Notes: a model not told the origin generated them from the sequence alone. Counted from the stretch's first letter, positions 37,180-48,936 are shown. The stretch is 64,000 nt of DNA from Fibrobacteria bacterium (GCA_041746255.1 JBGTHM010000081.1:1-64000), one strand, 5' to 3'. Made by a program: numbers and translations.

Positions 37180-39264
37180 ATGTCCGAATTCAATAAACTC
37201 ACCGGTGTCGGCCCCAAGCGAAGGAAGGTGCTCGAAGCCGCGGGAATTTTGACCCTACGGGATTTGATTTATCATCTACCCCGTAAATACCTGGATCGAA
37301 CAAAGCTTAAACGCATCGATGAGTTAAGGGTGGGAGAGGACGCCCTTTTCACCGGTGAGGTAGTCCGGGTGGAAGAAGCCTATAACCGCTTGACCGTGTA
37401 TGTCCGCGACGATTCGGGCATGATTCCCTTGGTCTATTTCAACGGCGTGCAATTTCTCCGCAAAAAATTCGCAGAAGGCCGGGTATTGGCGATTGCCGGA
37501 ACTCCCGGATTTTTCCGCGAGGATTTGCAATTGGTGCACCCCGAAACTGATCCTGTGCAACCCGGCGAGGTTGTAAAAGGCTATGTTCTGCCGCGTTATC
37601 CTCTCACCGAAGAAATGGCGGCGGCGCATGTGGAGCATAAATTTCTGCAACGTATCATTCTGGAAGCCTTGGAAAATTTCACCTTCTCGGATCCGATTCC
37701 CGAGGAATTGCACGAAGCGCTGAACCTGGTCCCGGAAATCGATTTACTGCGCGAATTACACGCTCCGGAATCGCTGGAAAACCATGCCGAGCTTCGGCGA
37801 CAGCTCAAATGCCGGGAGCTATTCCCCTTTTCCCTGCGCTTGGAACGGAGGCGATTCGACCGCCTCAAAGTCGGGCGGACCTGGAAACCGGACGCTGCGC
37901 TCACGGCAAAACTCATGGCAGCCCTCCCTTTCGAACTGACCGGCGGTCAACGCCAGGTTATTGCGGAATTGTCCGCCAGCCTGGAAAAACCCCATCAAAT
38001 TCAAGGTTTATTGCAGGGCGATGTCGGCAGCGGGAAAACCGTGGTCTGCCTGTTGGGCGCCGCATCGGTACTCGCTGGGGGTGGTCAAGTCGTCCTTATG
38101 GCACCCACCGAAATTTTGGCCGTACAACATCGGCAAACCTTGGAGCCTTTTTTACGAAGCTCAGGGATCACCTTCGCTTTGTTGATCGGCGATACCCCGC
38201 GGGAAGAGCGGGAGACGATGTTACGGAATTTGCAGGAAGGTAAATTGCAATTCCTGATCGGTACCCATGCCGTTTTCTCGCCGGATGTAAGTTACACCCG
38301 CCTGGGATTAGTCATCATCGACGAGCAGCATCGTTTCGGTGTGGAGCAGCGCGCGAAGCTTATGCAAAAGGGAGATTTCCCCGACGTACTCTACATGTCG
38401 GCCACGCCCATACCGCGCACTTTGGCGCATACGGTTTATGGTGACCTGGAAATGTTCCTGCTGAAAGAGAAACCGAAATACCGTCTCCCCATCAAAACCC
38501 GCATCGTGCCTCCCGCCAAACGCGCCGACATGCTCAATTTTTTGCTCAAAGAAGTACGGGAGGGAAACCAAGTATTCTGGGTGGTTCCGCAAATCGGAGC
38601 TAGAGAGACCCGGAATGAAGATGAAGGCGATGCAGCCGTTGCCTTCAGTTCCAAAGAGGATGTTTGGAATCCCAACCTATTGGACAAGGAAGAAGAAGAC
38701 CTCCTCTCGGTGGAAAGACTGGTGAAAGAGGTGGCTTCGTTTTCCACGCAGTGGAAGGTAGGCTACGTGCATGGCCGCTTGTCCAGCACCGATAAAGAGT
38801 CCGCACTGGCTGACTTTCGTGCAGGCAGGCTGCAAGTATTAGTTGCGACCACTGTGATTGAAGTGGGTATCGACGTGCCGCAGGCCAATCTGATTATCAT
38901 TGAGCATGGCGATCGTTTCGGCCTGGCCCAATTGCACCAATTGCGGGGGCGTACGGGGCGGGGCGCACAACAGGCCTGGTGCTTTCTACCGGAACCTGAA
39001 AAGCCTTGGCCCCCCGAAACAGCGGAAAGATTGCAGCGGTTTTGTGAAACCGAAGATGGATTCGCCATAGCGGAAATGGATTTCGAGTTCCGCGGTGCCG
39101 GAAATTTGACTGGCAGTAATCAATCGGGTTTTGATGGTTTACGCTTCACTGATTTACGAAGCGATTTCCCCTTAATCCAATCGGTGCGGGAATTAGCCCG
39201 CGAAGTGCTTGAAGGGCGCAAAGTCGTATCCTCCGAAACCCTGAATCGCTTCGCATTGAACTGA
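37180..39264 (+). CDS. recG: ATP-dependent DNA helicase RecG
   Basis: GVGPKR, LPFELT..Q, QGDVGSGKT, DEQHRF, SATPIPRTL, QLHQLRGR.GRG and RG.G.L.G..QSG. Confidence 0.95.
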   Translation: MSEFNKLTGVGPKRRKVLEAAGILTLRDLIYHLPRKYLDRTKLKRIDELRVGEDALFTGEVVRVEEAYNRLTVYVRDDSGMIPLVYFNGVQFLRKKFAEGRVLAIAGTPGFFREDLQLVHPETDPVQPGEVVKGYVLPRYPLTEEMAAAHVEHKFLQRIILEALENFTFSDPIPEELHEALNLVPEIDLLRELHAPESLENHAELRRQLKCRELFPFSLRLERRRFDRLKVGRTWKPDAALTAKLMAALPFELTGGQRQVIAELSASLEKPHQIQGLLQGDVGSGKTVVCLLGAASVLAGGGQVVLMAPTEILAVQHRQTLEPFLRSSGITFALLIGDTPREERETMLRNLQEGKLQFLIGTHAVFSPDVSYTRLGLVIIDEQHRFGVEQRAKLMQKGDFPDVLYMSATPIPRTLAHTVYGDLEMFLLKEKPKYRLPIKTRIVPPAKRADMLNFLLKEVREGNQVFWVVPQIGARETRNEDEGDAAVAFSSKEDVWNPNLLDKEEEDLLSVERLVKEVASFSTQWKVGYVHGRLSSTDKESALADFRAGRLQVLVATTVIEVGIDVPQANLIIIEHGDRFGLAQLHQLRGRTGRGAQQAWCFLPEPEKPWPPETAERLQRFCETEDGFAIAEMDFEFRGAGNLTGSNQSGFDGLRFTDLRSDFPLIQSVRELAREVLEGRKVVSSETLNRFALN

Positions 39265-39269
39265 TTCCT

Positions 39270-39938
39270 ATGCTTGAATTGGTGATATTCGATTGCGATG
39301 GAGTGCTGGTCGACTCGGAGCGCATCGGCATTTCCATTTTCCATAAGCACCTTGAGAGCTTGGGAGTGACGATGTCCCTGCAAGAGGCCATTGAGATTTT
39401 CAAAGGGAGATCTGAAAAAGATTGCACCGCCGTCATCGAAACCCTGACGGGAAATCCACTCTCCCCGGATTTTTTTCCGCGCTGCCTTACCGAAACTTTC
39501 GCGCGTTTCGAAAGGGAATTGCAGCCCATTCCCGGTATAATTCCGGCGCTGAAAACCATTCAACAAAAAATCTGCGTAGCCTCCAGCGGCACCCACGAAA
39601 AAATGGCGGTAACCCTCAGGGTAACGGGTCTGCTACCTTTTTTCGCCGGAAGGATTTTCAGCGCTACCCAAGTCGCCAAAGGAAAGCCTCATCCGGATCT
39701 ATTCCTATTTGCCGCGCGGAGTATGGGCATCGCCCCCGAAAATTGCCTGGTGGTGGAAGACTCGGTTCCCGGCATAAAAGCCGCCCGCACCGCCGGTATG
39801 TCCGCCATTGGATATGCCGACCTCACCGAGGCGAAAGACCTGAAAAATGCCGGCGCGCATCGGGTTATTACCGATATGGAGCAATTATCGCCTTTGCTTT
39901 CGCATTTCCGGGAAATTCATGCACCTATAGGCCCCTGA
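39270..39938 (+). CDS. HAD-superfamily hydrolase (YieH/CbbY-like)
   Basis: FDCDGVLVDSE, ASSG, KPHPD and VEDS..G. Confidence 0.9.
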   Translation: MLELVIFDCDGVLVDSERIGISIFHKHLESLGVTMSLQEAIEIFKGRSEKDCTAVIETLTGNPLSPDFFPRCLTETFARFERELQPIPGIIPALKTIQQKICVASSGTHEKMAVTLRVTGLLPFFAGRIFSATQVAKGKPHPDLFLFAARSMGIAPENCLVVEDSVPGIKAARTAGMSAIGYADLTEAKDLKNAGAHRVITDMEQLSPLLSHFREIHAPIGP

Positions 39939-40010
39939 ATGTGATTTCGGCGGTCCACCTTTTGCTACCTTTGGCCCCGTCCTCCCGAATTTTTACCCAG
40001 TAGAGCTAAA

Positions 40011-43000
40011 ATGCCCAAAAGAACCGACCTTAAAAAAATCATGCTTATCGGCAGCGGGCCTATCACCATAGGTCAAGGCTGTGAATTCGACTACTCCGGC
40101 ACCCAGGCCTGCAAAGCCTTACGCGAAGAAGGTTTTCAGGTCGTTCTGGTCAATTCCAATCCCGCCACCATCATGACCGATCCCGACGTGGCCGACGCCA
40201 CCTATGTCGAGCCCATTACCTGGGAAATTTGCGAAAAAATCATCGCCAAAGAGCGCCCGGACGCCTTGCTCCCTACCGTAGGGGGCCAAACGGGTCTCAA
40301 TACCGCCATGGACCTGGCCAAGCACGGCGTACTGGAAAAATATGGCGTGGAATTGATAGGCGCCAACCTGGAGGCCATCAATAAAGCCGAATCGCGCCGC
40401 GCCTTCAAGGCGGCGATGAACAAAATCGGCATCGACACGCCGCGATCCATTGTAGCCAACAATATGGAAGAGGCCCGCCAGGCCATCACCGAAATCGGCC
40501 TTCCCCTGGTGGTCCGTCCCGCCTATACCCTGGGCGGTGCCGGAGGCGGGTTCGCTTTCACCGAAGAAGAATACCTCCGTATCGTCAAACATGGCCTGGA
40601 ACTCAGCCCCACCTCCGAATGCCTCATCGAAGAATCCATTCTCGGATGGAAGGAATACGAGATGGAGGTGATGCGCGACAAGGCCGATAACGTGGTCATT
40701 ATCTGCTCCATCGAAAATATCGACGCCATGGGCATCCATACCGGTGATTCGGTAACCGTAGCTCCGGCGCAAACCTTGACGGATAAAGAGTACCAGCGCA
40801 TGCGCGACGCCAGCATCGCCTGCATACGCGAAATCGGAGTCGAAACCGGCGGATCCAACGTGCAATTCGCCGTCAACCCCGAAGACGGGCGCATGATTAT
40901 CATCGAAATGAATCCCCGCGTTTCCCGCAGTTCGGCGTTGGCCAGTAAGGCAACCGGATTTCCCATCGCGAAAATCGCCGCCAAGCTGGCCGTCGGTTAT
41001 ACGCTCGACGAATTGCTCAACGATATCACGCGCGTTACCCCGGCGTGCTTCGAGCCCACCATCGATTACGTGGTCACCAAGGTACCGCGCTTTACCTTCG
41101 AGAAATTTCCGCAGGCCGAGGCCGTACTCGGCACACAGATGAAGTCGGTGGGCGAAGCCATGGCCATGGGACGCACTTTTAAGGAGTCGCTGCAAAAGGC
41201 GATGCGTTCCCTGGAAATCGGCCGCTACGGTCTCGGCGCCGACGGCAAGCAGGAAGTGCCCGATAATCGCATCGACGCGCGGCTTGATTATAAACGGCCG
41301 GGCATCAATCGTTTGCTGGTTATCAAGCGTGCCTTTGAGCTGGGCTATAGTGTCGAAAAGCTGTTCGAACTCTCCAAGGTCGATCCCTGGTTTCTCAATG
41401 AAATCAAAGACCTCGCCGATTTTGAAAAGAGTGAAATCCAGGGAAAGAACCTGGAAAACCTCGACAAGGATACCTTGGTCAAGGCCAAACGCTGGGGCTA
41501 TTCCGATTATCAATTGGGATTTTTATTGGGCGTGCGCGAAAACGACGTGCGCGAAAAGCGTAAAGCCATGAATGTGATTCCGGTGTACAAAACCGTGGAT
41601 ACTTGCGCGGCCGAGTTCAAAGCCTTCACGCCTTACCACTATTCTACTTATGAGGAGGAGAACGAAAGCGTCCGCTCCGATAAGAAAAAAGTGGTTATCG
41701 TGGGCGGCGGACCCAACCGTATCGGGCAGGGCATCGAATTCGACTATGCCTGCTGCCAGGCGGCTTTCGCCCTCAAGGAAGAAGGCTATGAGGCCATCAT
41801 GGTCAATTCCAATCCCGAAACGGTGAGCACCGATTACGACACTTCGGATAAACTTTATTTCGAACCCTTGACCCGCGAAGACATTCTCAACATCCTCGAC
41901 CAGGAAAAACCGGACGGCATCATCCTGCAATTCGGCGGGCAGACTCCGCTCAAATTGGCCAAGGCCTTGGAAGCCGCAGGCGCTCCTATTTTGGGAACCT
42001 CTCCATCGGCTATCGATGCCGCGGAAGATCGCGAACAATTCTCCGCCCTCATCGATAGGCTCGGTCTAAGGCAACCCCCCAACGGTTTGGCCACCACCCT
42101 GGAACAGGCGGCGGAAATTGCCGACCGCATTACTTATCCGGTGCTCATGCGCCCTTCCTTCGTGCTGGGCGGCCGGGCCATGATGATAGTCTATGACCGC
42201 GATGAATTACGCAATTATATGGAAAACGCCATCGAGGTTTCCGAAGACCGGCCGGTGCTTATCGACAAGTTTCTCGAAGACGCCCTGGAACTGGACGTAG
42301 ACGCCATCTCGGACGGTACGGACGTGGTGGTCGGCGGTATCATGCAGCATATCGAAGAAGCCGGAATTCACTCCGGCGATTCAGCTTGCAGTCTGCCTCC
42401 GCAAACCCTATCTCCCGAAGTGGAAGCCGAGCTTTGTCGGCAAACCGAAATGCTGTCGCGTGAGCTGGGTGTTGTGGGGCTCATGAACATTCAGTTCGCC
42501 ATCAAGGGCAACAAGGTTTTTGTACTGGAAGTCAATCCCCGCGGGAGCCGCACCGTTCCCTTCGTCAGTAAAACGACCGGTGTGGCCTTGACCAAATTGG
42601 CTACCAAGGTATTGGTGGGGAGGAATTTACGCGATTTGAATTTTACCCAACGAGTGGTCCCCCCCTATGTGGCGGTCAAGGAAAGCGTTTTTCCCTTCGC
42701 CAAATTCCACGGGGTGGATACCGTTCTCAGTCCGGAAATGAAATCAACCGGCGAAGTCATGGGATTGGACATCCGCTTCGATCTCGCTTTCGCCAAAGCG
42801 CAAATGGCTGCGGGAAATTCGCTTCCCAAAGGTGGCCGTGTTTTCATTTCGGTCAATAACCGCGACAAAGGCGCTATCGTCGACACCGCCCGACGCCTCC
42901 ACGATCTCGGTTTCGAAATTTGGGCGACGGCGGGAACGGCGGCCGCGCTCGACCAGGCTTCGATTCCCAGCAAGGTGGTAAAGAAGGTTTCGGAAGGGGA

Positions 43001-43265
43001 ACCCAACGTTTCCGACCTGATCGGCAGTCGGTTCTTCTCCCTGCTTATCAATACGCCATTGGATAAAACTTCGAAATTCGATGACGCCATCATCCGTAAG
43101 GGCGCCTTGCTGGCGCAAATACCCTATACCACGACGCTTCCCGCCGCCAATGCCGTAGTGGACGGAATCGGGGCCCTACGCCGTCAGGAATTGGAAGTTC
43201 GGCCGTTGCAGGAATATTACCGGGAATTGAGTCTTCCGGAAATTCCGGTCGCGGCGCTTCGCTAG
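40011..43265 (+). CDS. carB: Carbamoyl-phosphate synthase large subunit
   Basis: [44 protein letters not shown] and a C-terminal MGS domain. Confidence 0.98.
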   Translation: MPKRTDLKKIMLIGSGPITIGQGCEFDYSGTQACKALREEGFQVVLVNSNPATIMTDPDVADATYVEPITWEICEKIIAKERPDALLPTVGGQTGLNTAMDLAKHGVLEKYGVELIGANLEAINKAESRRAFKAAMNKIGIDTPRSIVANNMEEARQAITEIGLPLVVRPAYTLGGAGGGFAFTEEEYLRIVKHGLELSPTSECLIEESILGWKEYEMEVMRDKADNVVIICSIENIDAMGIHTGDSVTVAPAQTLTDKEYQRMRDASIACIREIGVETGGSNVQFAVNPEDGRMIIIEMNPRVSRSSALASKATGFPIAKIAAKLAVGYTLDELLNDITRVTPACFEPTIDYVVTKVPRFTFEKFPQAEAVLGTQMKSVGEAMAMGRTFKESLQKAMRSLEIGRYGLGADGKQEVPDNRIDARLDYKRPGINRLLVIKRAFELGYSVEKLFELSKVDPWFLNEIKDLADFEKSEIQGKNLENLDKDTLVKAKRWGYSDYQLGFLLGVRENDVREKRKAMNVIPVYKTVDTCAAEFKAFTPYHYSTYEEENESVRSDKKKVVIVGGGPNRIGQGIEFDYACCQAAFALKEEGYEAIMVNSNPETVSTDYDTSDKLYFEPLTREDILNILDQEKPDGIILQFGGQTPLKLAKALEAAGAPILGTSPSAIDAAEDREQFSALIDRLGLRQPPNGLATTLEQAAEIADRITYPVLMRPSFVLGGRAMMIVYDRDELRNYMENAIEVSEDRPVLIDKFLEDALELDVDAISDGTDVVVGGIMQHIEEAGIHSGDSACSLPPQTLSPEVEAELCRQTEMLSRELGVVGLMNIQFAIKGNKVFVLEVNPRGSRTVPFVSKTTGVALTKLATKVLVGRNLRDLNFTQRVVPPYVAVKESVFPFAKFHGVDTVLSPEMKSTGEVMGLDIRFDLAFAKAQMAAGNSLPKGGRVFISVNNRDKGAIVDTARRLHDLGFEIWATAGTAAALDQASIPSKVVKKVSEGEPNVSDLIGSRFFSLLINTPLDKTSKFDDAIIRKGALLAQIPYTTTLPAANAVVDGIGALRRQELEVRPLQEYYRELSLPEIPVAALR

Positions 43266-43280
43266 ACGTATCCGGGAGGT

Positions 43281-43310
43281 TTGCGGGCCGGCATGACTCC
43301 CCGGCCGCAA
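43281..43310 (+). terminator. GC-rich hairpin after carB (no clear U-tract)
   Basis: TTGCGG(G)CCGG-N9-CCGGCCGCAA. Confidence 0.3.
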
Positions 43311-43321
43311 CTTGGTACAAT

Positions 43322-45265
43322 ATGACCATGCTTGAGATCCGTCCCATCCGCGCCTGGACACCGAAACGGATGCTCCAAGTCGGGGTGCTTTGCGTGGGAG
43401 CTGCTTACCTGCTCTCCGGTTGCGTGTACTTCAATACTTTTTACAATGCGGAAAAAGCCTATGAGCAGGCGTTGCGCATGAAGAAGAAAAGGATGGCGCA
43501 AAACCCCGAAGATACGATATTGGTTTCTTCCGACGAAAAGTTGAAGTTGGAGCGCAGCATAGCCAAGTCCAGCAAGGTATTGGAACTCCATTCCGACAAG
43601 CCGGAATATCAGCCTCGCGCTTTATTCCTCATCGGAGAAAGTTATTTGCAACTGGGCGAATACGATAAGGCCATCCAAAAATACGATGAGCTTGCCCGCT
43701 ACTATCCCAACGCCGAGGAAATCCCCCTGGCGCGATTTCACCGAGCCAAGGCTTTATTTCTGGATGGGCAATACTCCTTTGCAAAACCCGCATTGGAAGA
43801 AATCGTAGCGTCCACCCAAAATCCCGCCTGGCGAAACGAGGCAATATTGTGCCTGGCACAACTCGAAGCGGCGGAAAACTCGCCTCTGGCCTCACTCGAA
43901 CTTTATGAAAAATTATTGATGCAAAAGAATCAGCCCGCCAAAACCCGGGCGAAGATCCATTTTGAGGCCGCCCGATTGGCATTCGAGGTGAAGCTTTGGG
44001 AACGCGCGCGAAAGCATGCCTTCGCTCCGGAAATACGCAGCTTGCCAAACCCCCTGCCCTTGCGAGCAGACCTGCTCGCGGCACAATGTCTCTATGAGCT
44101 CAAACGATACGGCGACGCGACGGAAGAGTTGCGAGCCCTTCTGGCTATTAAGCGCAATCGCCCCTACCGCCCCGAAATCCAACTTCCTTTGGCCCGGGCA
44201 CTTTTGGCGCACGGTAAGGCCAAGGAGGCCGTGGAGCTGTGGTTGTCTGTGGCTGAGGCTTCGCCGAAATCCGCCTTCTCCGCCGAAGCTTTTTTGCTCC
44301 TGGGGGATCACTTTCTCATAACCGAGCGGAACGAGGAAACCGCCAAGGTTTACTTCGACTCCTCCGCGGCCGCGGGCGACTTCCCCCCCCATACGGTTAC
44401 GGCTCGCGAACGTTCCGAGGCGCTTGCCCGCCTCGCCGAACTCCGAAAAGACACCACGGGGACGGCGGCAAGCCCCCATTACAACGATTTCATGATTGCC
44501 GAACTTTTCCTCTTCCAGCTCAACAATCTCGACAGCGCATTGATGCGCCTCGATCGGATAGTAGAGAATAAGGACGTCGATTCGGTATTCGGAGTGCGTG
44601 CCGCCTACGCCCGAGCTTTCATACACGAGGAGTTCAAGGATTCCAAGGCGAGGGCCGACTCCCTCTATCTTTACGTACTGGAAAACTATCCGGGTACCGA
44701 ATATGCGAAGCAAGCGGAAGTGAACATGGGACTTGCGCCCACGGTGCGAACCGACGAGGACCAAGCGCATGAGCTTTTTCTCCAGGCCGAGAAATTACGT
44801 TTCGACGGCGAGGATCCTTTTACCACCGCCATACCCGCCTATCGTCGCGTGGTTGCGGCCTATCCTCGCACTCGCGCCGCCGCCCGGGCGCAGCTCAATG
44901 TGGCCATGTTGTACGAATCGGCTGCGTCGACGGGGGAGCAGACCTCCACCCATCTTGATTCGGCCAAGGCGGCCTATATCGATTTGCGCGACCGGCATCC
45001 CTCCACTCCTTATGGGTCGTTGGCGCGGGCAAAGCTGCAGGCCGCGGGCATCGTATCTCCTCCACCTGCCAAAACCGGAAGCGCGCCGGCAGATTCGGCT
45101 GCCAGTTCGGCCGATCCTAAAAATCCCGATGACTATGGTTCGAGTTATGATGAGTACGGTGAATATGGGGACGGGTCTGAATCGGACTCCTACGAGGGCT
45201 CCTCTGAGCCGGAATGGCAGGAGTCTCCCAAAGAAATCTTGGAGGGTGGGGCGGACGATTATTGA
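43322..45265 (+). CDS. TPR lipoprotein (BamD/SprE-like) with an acidic low-complexity tail
   Basis: Lipobox LLSGC followed by VYFNTFYNA, TPR units ending in YP, and a D/E/S/Y-rich C-terminus. Confidence 0.75.
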   Translation: MTMLEIRPIRAWTPKRMLQVGVLCVGAAYLLSGCVYFNTFYNAEKAYEQALRMKKKRMAQNPEDTILVSSDEKLKLERSIAKSSKVLELHSDKPEYQPRALFLIGESYLQLGEYDKAIQKYDELARYYPNAEEIPLARFHRAKALFLDGQYSFAKPALEEIVASTQNPAWRNEAILCLAQLEAAENSPLASLELYEKLLMQKNQPAKTRAKIHFEAARLAFEVKLWERARKHAFAPEIRSLPNPLPLRADLLAAQCLYELKRYGDATEELRALLAIKRNRPYRPEIQLPLARALLAHGKAKEAVELWLSVAEASPKSAFSAEAFLLLGDHFLITERNEETAKVYFDSSAAAGDFPPHTVTARERSEALARLAELRKDTTGTAASPHYNDFMIAELFLFQLNNLDSALMRLDRIVENKDVDSVFGVRAAYARAFIHEEFKDSKARADSLYLYVLENYPGTEYAKQAEVNMGLAPTVRTDEDQAHELFLQAEKLRFDGEDPFTTAIPAYRRVVAAYPRTRAAARAQLNVAMLYESAASTGEQTSTHLDSAKAAYIDLRDRHPSTPYGSLARAKLQAAGIVSPPPAKTGSAPADSAASSADPKNPDDYGSSYDEYGEYGDGSESDSYEGSSEPEWQESPKEILEGGADDY

Positions 45266-45295
45266 TTAGTGCCTGACCGGAACTGAATAACACCT

Positions 45296-45868
45296 ATGGA
45301 CTTTGTGTACCGGAATTTAACCCCTTCGCTTTCGTCCCTACTGGCCTTGTCGTTTATGTCGGTATTGATTGCGGGATGCGCTGGGAAAGGGTCCGCAAAA
45401 AAAGTCGACAAACGCCCGCATTACCAACGGGATACCGGGTCTTATGCAGCGAAACCTCCCGAGAAACCTGCCAAGGCCAAGGCCCGCGAAAAAAACGCGC
45501 CTCCGCGCGCACGGACGCCGGCCCGCGAAACGGAAGCGGCCATTATCCGACCGCCGCAAGAGGAAGAATCGTCCGGCGGCATTACCCAGATTGGTTCCAT
45601 TTCCTTTTATGGGCGTAAATTCCATGGCCGTAAAACCGCAAGCGGGGAAAAATTCAATATGCATGACTTGACGGCGGCTCATCCTAAATTGCCCTTTGGT
45701 ACCCGGGTTAAAGTCACCAACTTAAGCAATGGAAAAACGGTGACGGTACGGATAAACGACCGAGGGCCTTTTGCCGGGAGGCGGATTCTGGATGTTTCCC
45801 GCGCTGCGGCCGAGGTATTGGGTATGGTCAACGCCGGAGTGGTGCGCGCTCGCCTCGAGGTTTTATGA
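45296..45868 (+). CDS. rlpA: RlpA-family lytic transglycosylase lipoprotein (no SPOR domain)
   Basis: Lipobox LIAGC, SFYG..FHGRKTASGE, TAAH..LP.GT and RINDRGP...RILD.S. Confidence 0.88.
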   Translation: MDFVYRNLTPSLSSLLALSFMSVLIAGCAGKGSAKKVDKRPHYQRDTGSYAAKPPEKPAKAKAREKNAPPRARTPARETEAAIIRPPQEEESSGGITQIGSISFYGRKFHGRKTASGEKFNMHDLTAAHPKLPFGTRVKVTNLSNGKTVTVRINDRGPFAGRRILDVSRAAAEVLGMVNAGVVRARLEVL

Positions 45869-45886
45869 GTCGGGCTTCCCGCGCCA

Positions 45887-47032
45887 CTAATGCATGCGGC
45901 TGTGGATTTTCTGGTTTTTCCAGGTGAATTGACCGCTCGATCCGAATAACACGGCTCCCACGATCAGAGGAATATGCAATAAAGCTGTGGGGACAAAGGC
46001 TTCCATCAATTCCGGTTTGCCGAAAAAGCGTGTTCCCGCGCGCATGACACGATAATCGGCCAGGGTTTTCACCAGGAAACCGATGACTCCCATGAGACGT
46101 AGCCGTCGCGAGACTAAGCCTCCCACCAAAGCCACAAGAATAAGCGAATAATACCCGAAAATGAGGCTTAAAAAGATCACCTGACGGGGCTGGTAAAATC
46201 CGCACTTGCCCGCCCAGCGCTTTCGTTGCTCCCAGAAATGCCGAAGGTCGTAGGGAGGCGCGGTGAACACTTCGGTTTCCTTCACCACGGAATACTTGAC
46301 GTCCCAATTTCCCAGCTTATGAACGGATTGCAAAAGAAAGTCATCGTCGCCACTGGTGATATGCCCGTGGGACGCGAAGCCCGAGGCCTCCTCGAAGGCT
46401 TTTCTCCGGTAGGCGATATTGCTGGCATTGCCGTGAACGGGAAACCCCAGGCCAACCAATGAGGCGGCTACCACGCTATAGGAGAGGAATTCGAGAGACT
46501 GGATATTCCAGACCCAACGGGAGTGGTTAACGGGTGGATAAAAACTGGCCAACCCCATGACCATCCCGGTATGGGGAGCGAATTGTTCCACCATTGCGGA
46601 GGCCCAATGGTGTCCCATAGAACAGTCGGCGTCGGTGGTGAGGATGATATCTCCCTTGGCCTTCGCCATTCCCAGAGTCAGGGCGTATTTTTTGGGGCTC
46701 AGGGTCGAATCGGTGGTCTCCAGAGTGAGACTTTCAATGCGACCGGGATAGCGGGCCTGGATTTCCGCCAGGATAGAGGGAGTCCTATCCGTGGAACGAT
46801 CATTGACGACAATGATTTGAGTTCTTTCAGTCGGGTAGTCCTGGGCCATGAGCGCCAGGAGACAATCCGCAAGATGCGCCTCTTCGTCACGTGCCGCTAA
46901 CAGGATGGAGATGGAGGGACGGTCAGGATTGGAACGGTTGCGGCTCAAATTGGCCAAACCCCGCAATAAATTACGGTGAAGCAACCAGTAGGCGAGATTC
47001 AGCAGGGAAAAAAGTGCCCAGGAAATTTTCAA
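45887..47032 (-). CDS. Family 2 glycosyltransferase with TM helices
   Basis: AARDEE, VNDRSTD, TTDADC, SGDDD and QRKRW. Confidence 0.88.
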   Translation of the reverse strand: MKISWALFSLLNLAYWLLHRNLLRGLANLSRNRSNPDRPSISILLAARDEEAHLADCLLALMAQDYPTERTQIIVVNDRSTDRTPSILAEIQARYPGRIESLTLETTDSTLSPKKYALTLGMAKAKGDIILTTDADCSMGHHWASAMVEQFAPHTGMVMGLASFYPPVNHSRWVWNIQSLEFLSYSVVAASLVGLGFPVHGNASNIAYRRKAFEEASGFASHGHITSGDDDFLLQSVHKLGNWDVKYSVVKETEVFTAPPYDLRHFWEQRKRWAGKCGFYQPRQVIFLSLIFGYYSLILVALVGGLVSRRLRLMGVIGFLVKTLADYRVMRAGTRFFGKPELMEAFVPTALLHIPLIVGAVLFGSSGQFTWKNQKIHSRMH

Positions 47033-47141
47033 ATTGGAGCGCTCCCTGGTATTTGGGCGGCCTCGGCTTTCGCAAGAACGGCCGGATCCCGGTCCGATGC
47101 CCGGTTAAAGTGGGGAATATAGGAAAAGAAATGGATTTTAA

Positions 47142-47170
47142 TTGACGTATTCGCGCCCCCCGTTTATTTT
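47142..47170 (+). promoter_or_regulatory. Candidate sigma-70 promoter for the yceD-rpmF-fab operon
   Basis: TTGACG-N17-TATTTT, ending 11 nt before the TTG start at 47182. Confidence 0.4.
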
Positions 47171-47181
47171 TCTGCCTCATT

Positions 47182-47733
47182 TTGAAATTAGAAATCGGTC
47201 AACTCGGTTCGGAGTCAAAAGAGCTCCACATCCACGGACACAGCGAAGACTTCCCTGAAGTCCAGGAGTTGGGTGCCGTCGGTAAGATGCACGCAATTGT
47301 GCAGTATTCTCCCATGTCGACGGGTGGGTGGTTGACGGTAGAGGTTAAAGGGTCGTTATCCCTCGATTGCGCGCGTTGCCTGGAAAAATTGACCGGCGAT
47401 TACCGCATAGCGCTCAAATTATTAGTGGAGAAGCGGACGGCGCAGGGCGTCGAATGGGTGGAAGCCGATGAACAGGGGGTAGACGAATATTTGCTGCAAA
47501 TCGGACCCGATGTCACCGAGGTTTCCTTGGAGCATCCCATCGCCGAGCAGATCATCCTGAATTACAATCTGAATCCCTTGCCTACGCTTGACGATGTCAA
47601 TAAATGCCTGCAATGCGGGCGAGACGCCTCCGCATTTTATCCGGGGGCCAAAAAGGCGGATAAAATGGACCCTCGTTGGGCCAAACTATCATCCTTGCAG
47701 AAAAACAGCCGGCCCGAAAACGAAGGCCAGTAG
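47182..47733 (+). CDS. yceD: DUF177/YceD family protein
   Basis: CARCL, CLQCG and DPRWAKL, directly upstream of rpmF. Confidence 0.85.
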   Translation: MKLEIGQLGSESKELHIHGHSEDFPEVQELGAVGKMHAIVQYSPMSTGGWLTVEVKGSLSLDCARCLEKLTGDYRIALKLLVEKRTAQGVEWVEADEQGVDEYLLQIGPDVTEVSLEHPIAEQIILNYNLNPLPTLDDVNKCLQCGRDASAFYPGAKKADKMDPRWAKLSSLQKNSRPENEGQ

Positions 47734-47767
47734 TCTTGTTTCGATTTCATTACACGGAGAGATAACC

Positions 47768-47947
47768 ATGGCGGTACCCAAACGAAAAACATCCACGGCA
47801 AGGCGCGACAAGCGCCGCACCAATTGGAAGTTGAAGCAGCCGACGCTAACCAAATGCTCCCATTGCGGCACTGTGAAAGTGTCCCATCGCGTTTGCAATA
47901 ACTGCGGCTACTATGCGGGCGTAGAAGTCCGTCAGCCGGCAGATTAG
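47768..47947 (+). CDS. rpmF: 50S ribosomal protein L32 (zinc-ribbon form)
   Basis: [16 protein letters not shown]...CSHCG.....[10 protein letters not shown], with RBS GGAG upstream. Confidence 0.95.
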   Translation: MAVPKRKTSTARRDKRRTNWKLKQPTLTKCSHCGTVKVSHRVCNNCGYYAGVEVRQPAD

Positions 47948-47960
47948 CGGATATCCATCC

Positions 47961-48923
47961 ATGATTCATATCGGTTTGGATGCAATGGGGGGAGACAATG
48001 CTCCCTCAGCGGTGGTCGAAGGAGCGATTCTGGCCGCGAAGGCGGCTAAGGGCGCCTTCCGCATCGTGCTGACCGGTCCGGAAGACACCGTCCAGGCGGA
48101 GCTGAAAAAATTCGGTTACTCGGAACCGGATATTCTGGTACACCATGCCCCTGATTTGGTCGGAATGGACGAGTCGCCTGCCAATGTTTTGAAAACCAAG
48201 CAGAATTCCGGATTGGTAACCTGTGTCGGCTTGCAAAAAGCCGGTAAGGTACAGGCCAGTATGAGCGCCGGAAATTCCGGAGCCATGATGGCAGCCTGTT
48301 TGATGATTCTCGGTCGTGCGGGTACCATCAGCCGACCGGCCATAGCCTGCGTGATTCCCACTTCAGGCCAACCCGCCGTTCTGGTGGATTGCGGCGCCAA
48401 CGTGGATGAAAAAGCCTCCACCCTCATGCATTTCGGTATATGCGGCAGCATTTATGCGGAACAGGTTTTGGAATATACCTCTCCGCGAGTCGGCTTGCTG
48501 AATCTGGGAGAAGAAGAGAAAAAGGGTCCCGAAGTACTGCAAGAGGCGTATCAACTTTTGAAAAACGCTCCCCTTAATTTTATCGGCAACATCGAAGGAC
48601 GCGATATCCTGCGCGGAGCCGCCGAAGTTATCGTGGCTCCGGGATATGCCGGGAATATCGTTCTCAAGCTGATGGAAGGCTTTTACGAGTATCACATGAA
48701 TCTCTTCGGCACTCTCGATTCGGAACCCGGACGTCGTTTCGCCCACGATTGGGATTATTCCAATTATGGCGCCGCCCTGTTATTGGGACTCAACGGCACC
48801 GGCGTCATCACCCACGGTCGCGCCAATGCCAAGGCCATCAAAAATGGATTGGAAACCGCCTTCAAACTGGCCGGAACCAATGTGGCCGAAAAGGTGGCCG
48901 CGAAATTGACGCAGGCAGGCTGA
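47961..48923 (+). CDS. plsX: Phosphate acyltransferase PlsX
   Basis: DAMGGDNAP, SAGNSGA, RPAI, DCGAN, GLLN.GEE..KG and HG. Confidence 0.95.
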   Translation: MIHIGLDAMGGDNAPSAVVEGAILAAKAAKGAFRIVLTGPEDTVQAELKKFGYSEPDILVHHAPDLVGMDESPANVLKTKQNSGLVTCVGLQKAGKVQASMSAGNSGAMMAACLMILGRAGTISRPAIACVIPTSGQPAVLVDCGANVDEKASTLMHFGICGSIYAEQVLEYTSPRVGLLNLGEEEKKGPEVLQEAYQLLKNAPLNFIGNIEGRDILRGAAEVIVAPGYAGNIVLKLMEGFYEYHMNLFGTLDSEPGRRFAHDWDYSNYGAALLLGLNGTGVITHGRANAKAIKNGLETAFKLAGTNVAEKVAAKLTQAG

Positions 48924-48936
48924 GGGCCGTTCTTTC

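Noticed and set aside
40119..41513. 464 aa antisense ORF within carB
   Set aside because: Shadow ORF of a highly conserved, codon-biased gene, with no recognisable motifs.
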